A stretch of DNA of 64,000 nt from the human T2T-CHM13v2.0 reference genome, Homo sapiens, in assembly GCF_009914755.1 (NCBI RefSeq), contig NC_060942.1, one strand, 5' to 3'. Positions within the stretch are counted from its first letter, which is position 1, and every line of letters begins with the position of its first letter. Both the position numbers and the translations under genes were made by a program. The notes beneath the pieces were generated by a model, which saw only the letters and a list, made by a program, of their open reading frames with translations, ran no database searches and was not told where the DNA came from. Below are positions 62,579 to 64,000 of this stretch, one piece after another.

Positions 62579-63779
62579 TCTGTCGAATGAGTGATTCCAG
62601 GGTCTGAAGTAGACTTAGGGCAGAGGTTTCATAAGTCCCCTGTGTGTGATCCTTTGCATGTACTTTGGGGTAGCTTTGGTTGTTAGAAATTCTTCATATT
62701 CCATTGAAACATACGGGAGCTTTTGCCTACCTGTCTTAATTCTGTTTTTCTTAAGTCTCACAAATTAATTTCAATTTCTCATCTCTTTCCAACATTTCAA
62801 ATTGTTAAAAACATCTACTTTTTCTGCACAGATACCCCTATTTTTTTTCTACTTTAGACCAAACAATCCCTAGTTCTTCCTACTTTTCCTTGTGTGTCAG
62901 GATTTCCAGACGCTTTGGCACCCTAGTTGCTACCCTCAATGTTCCTTCGATAGAGAGGCTCTCATATTCTGGCATCCTGTCAACTCCTCTGCTCCTTAGA
63001 AATCAGGACAAGCAAATATGATTTTAAGTATATTGCCAACCCCATCTCCCTCACTTCACAAACCCATAAACAGAGAGCACAGTACAACAGGCCCCATGAC
63101 TGTAACGCTGAAATTCCCAGGGAAAGCTGCAGAACACACCAGGAATCATACAGAGGAGCCTTTTTCAAGGAGGGTATTTTGAGACGAGAAAGAAAGACAT
63201 TTCATATCACCCCAGCTAATGTTTTTTGGGTATTCCTATTGCTCTTATGCAACAGACTCTTCTTCCATATATTAAACTTCTGAGAAGTGCAATAAATAAT
63301 AGTAATCTAGACATATTTAAACCTTAATATTCAGCCTGGCAGAATAAGCAGATATTTGCACTTCAATTTTCTTTGCACAAAGAGGTTAAATTGTCCATCC
63401 CTCTTCAAAAAGTGAGTCAGAAGTAAGCATGAGTCCAAGCCACCACCAGCCCCACTTTTCTCTATAACATCACATTCCTTTCTGCTCCCAAAGGAGCCAT
63501 TTAAGAGTTGTTGGGATATAGCAAGCAATATACCGTTTTTTAAAAATAACTACAATATGAAGTTGCCGAAAGAAGAAAACATCTGGATGCTATTGACGAC
63601 TATGACGGCAGTAAGTCTAAATTCCCAACTCTAGTGGGTTGGAAATCACTGGGACATTTATAGGTTGTGGTAGTTTTTGCCTCATGCCTTCATTGTGAGC
63701 AGAAGTTCACATTCATCTTATAACCAGCCTGTATCTAAGAGAAGCAGACAGGAATAAGGCACATCTCCTGGCTTCTTAC

Positions 63780-63927
63780 CTTCTCCGACTCCCGCCAACA
63801 CTTCAGGATGAATATGTGAGCATAGATGTCCTCCACACAGATCCAGCTGGACAGGCTCAAAGTTGTGTCCGTCCACACCCAGTCCATCACTGCCCTCAGC
63901 TCAGTCAAAAAGGGCACGAGGCGAAAC
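63780..63927 (-). CDS. PIEZO2: PIEZO2 coding exon (148 nt, anchor region)
   Basis: ttcctgccag|FRLVPFLTELRAVMDWVWTDTTLSLSSWICVEDIYAHIFILKCWRESEK|gtaaga; the gene continues beyond the window. Confidence 0.99.
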
Positions 63928-64000
63928 CTGGCAGGAAACACATCTCGTCAGAGAGACATTCGTGGGTGGCCCCCACCACCCTGCTCACCCAGGAGCTCAA

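Overview
Primate, almost certainly human, genomic DNA. The right third holds the last 8 coding exons and 3' UTR of PIEZO2 on the minus strand (cap, inner helix and CTD, ending ...TREKTN*), which places the window at 18p11.2. The left half holds a full-length PMM2 processed pseudogene (19-bp TSD, poly-A tail) inserted in an old L1, a full-length disabled L1PA5/6-like element nested in an older L1PA15/16-like element, Tigger3b and several Alus. MER30, THE1, MLT1, a solo ERV1 LTR and more Alus lie further right. The main hidden signal is absent from the ORF track: a minus-strand chain of about 15 small AG/GT-bounded exons (12-125 nt) at ~1.1-17.9 kb. They splice into one reading frame broken by a single TAA. 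The chain lies downstream of the antisense promoter and an open ORF0 of the full-length L1. It was assembled by eye and needs RNA and comparative confirmation. Repeat subfamily names come from recalled consensus sequences, not from a search. No rRNA, tRNA or CRISPR array was seen.
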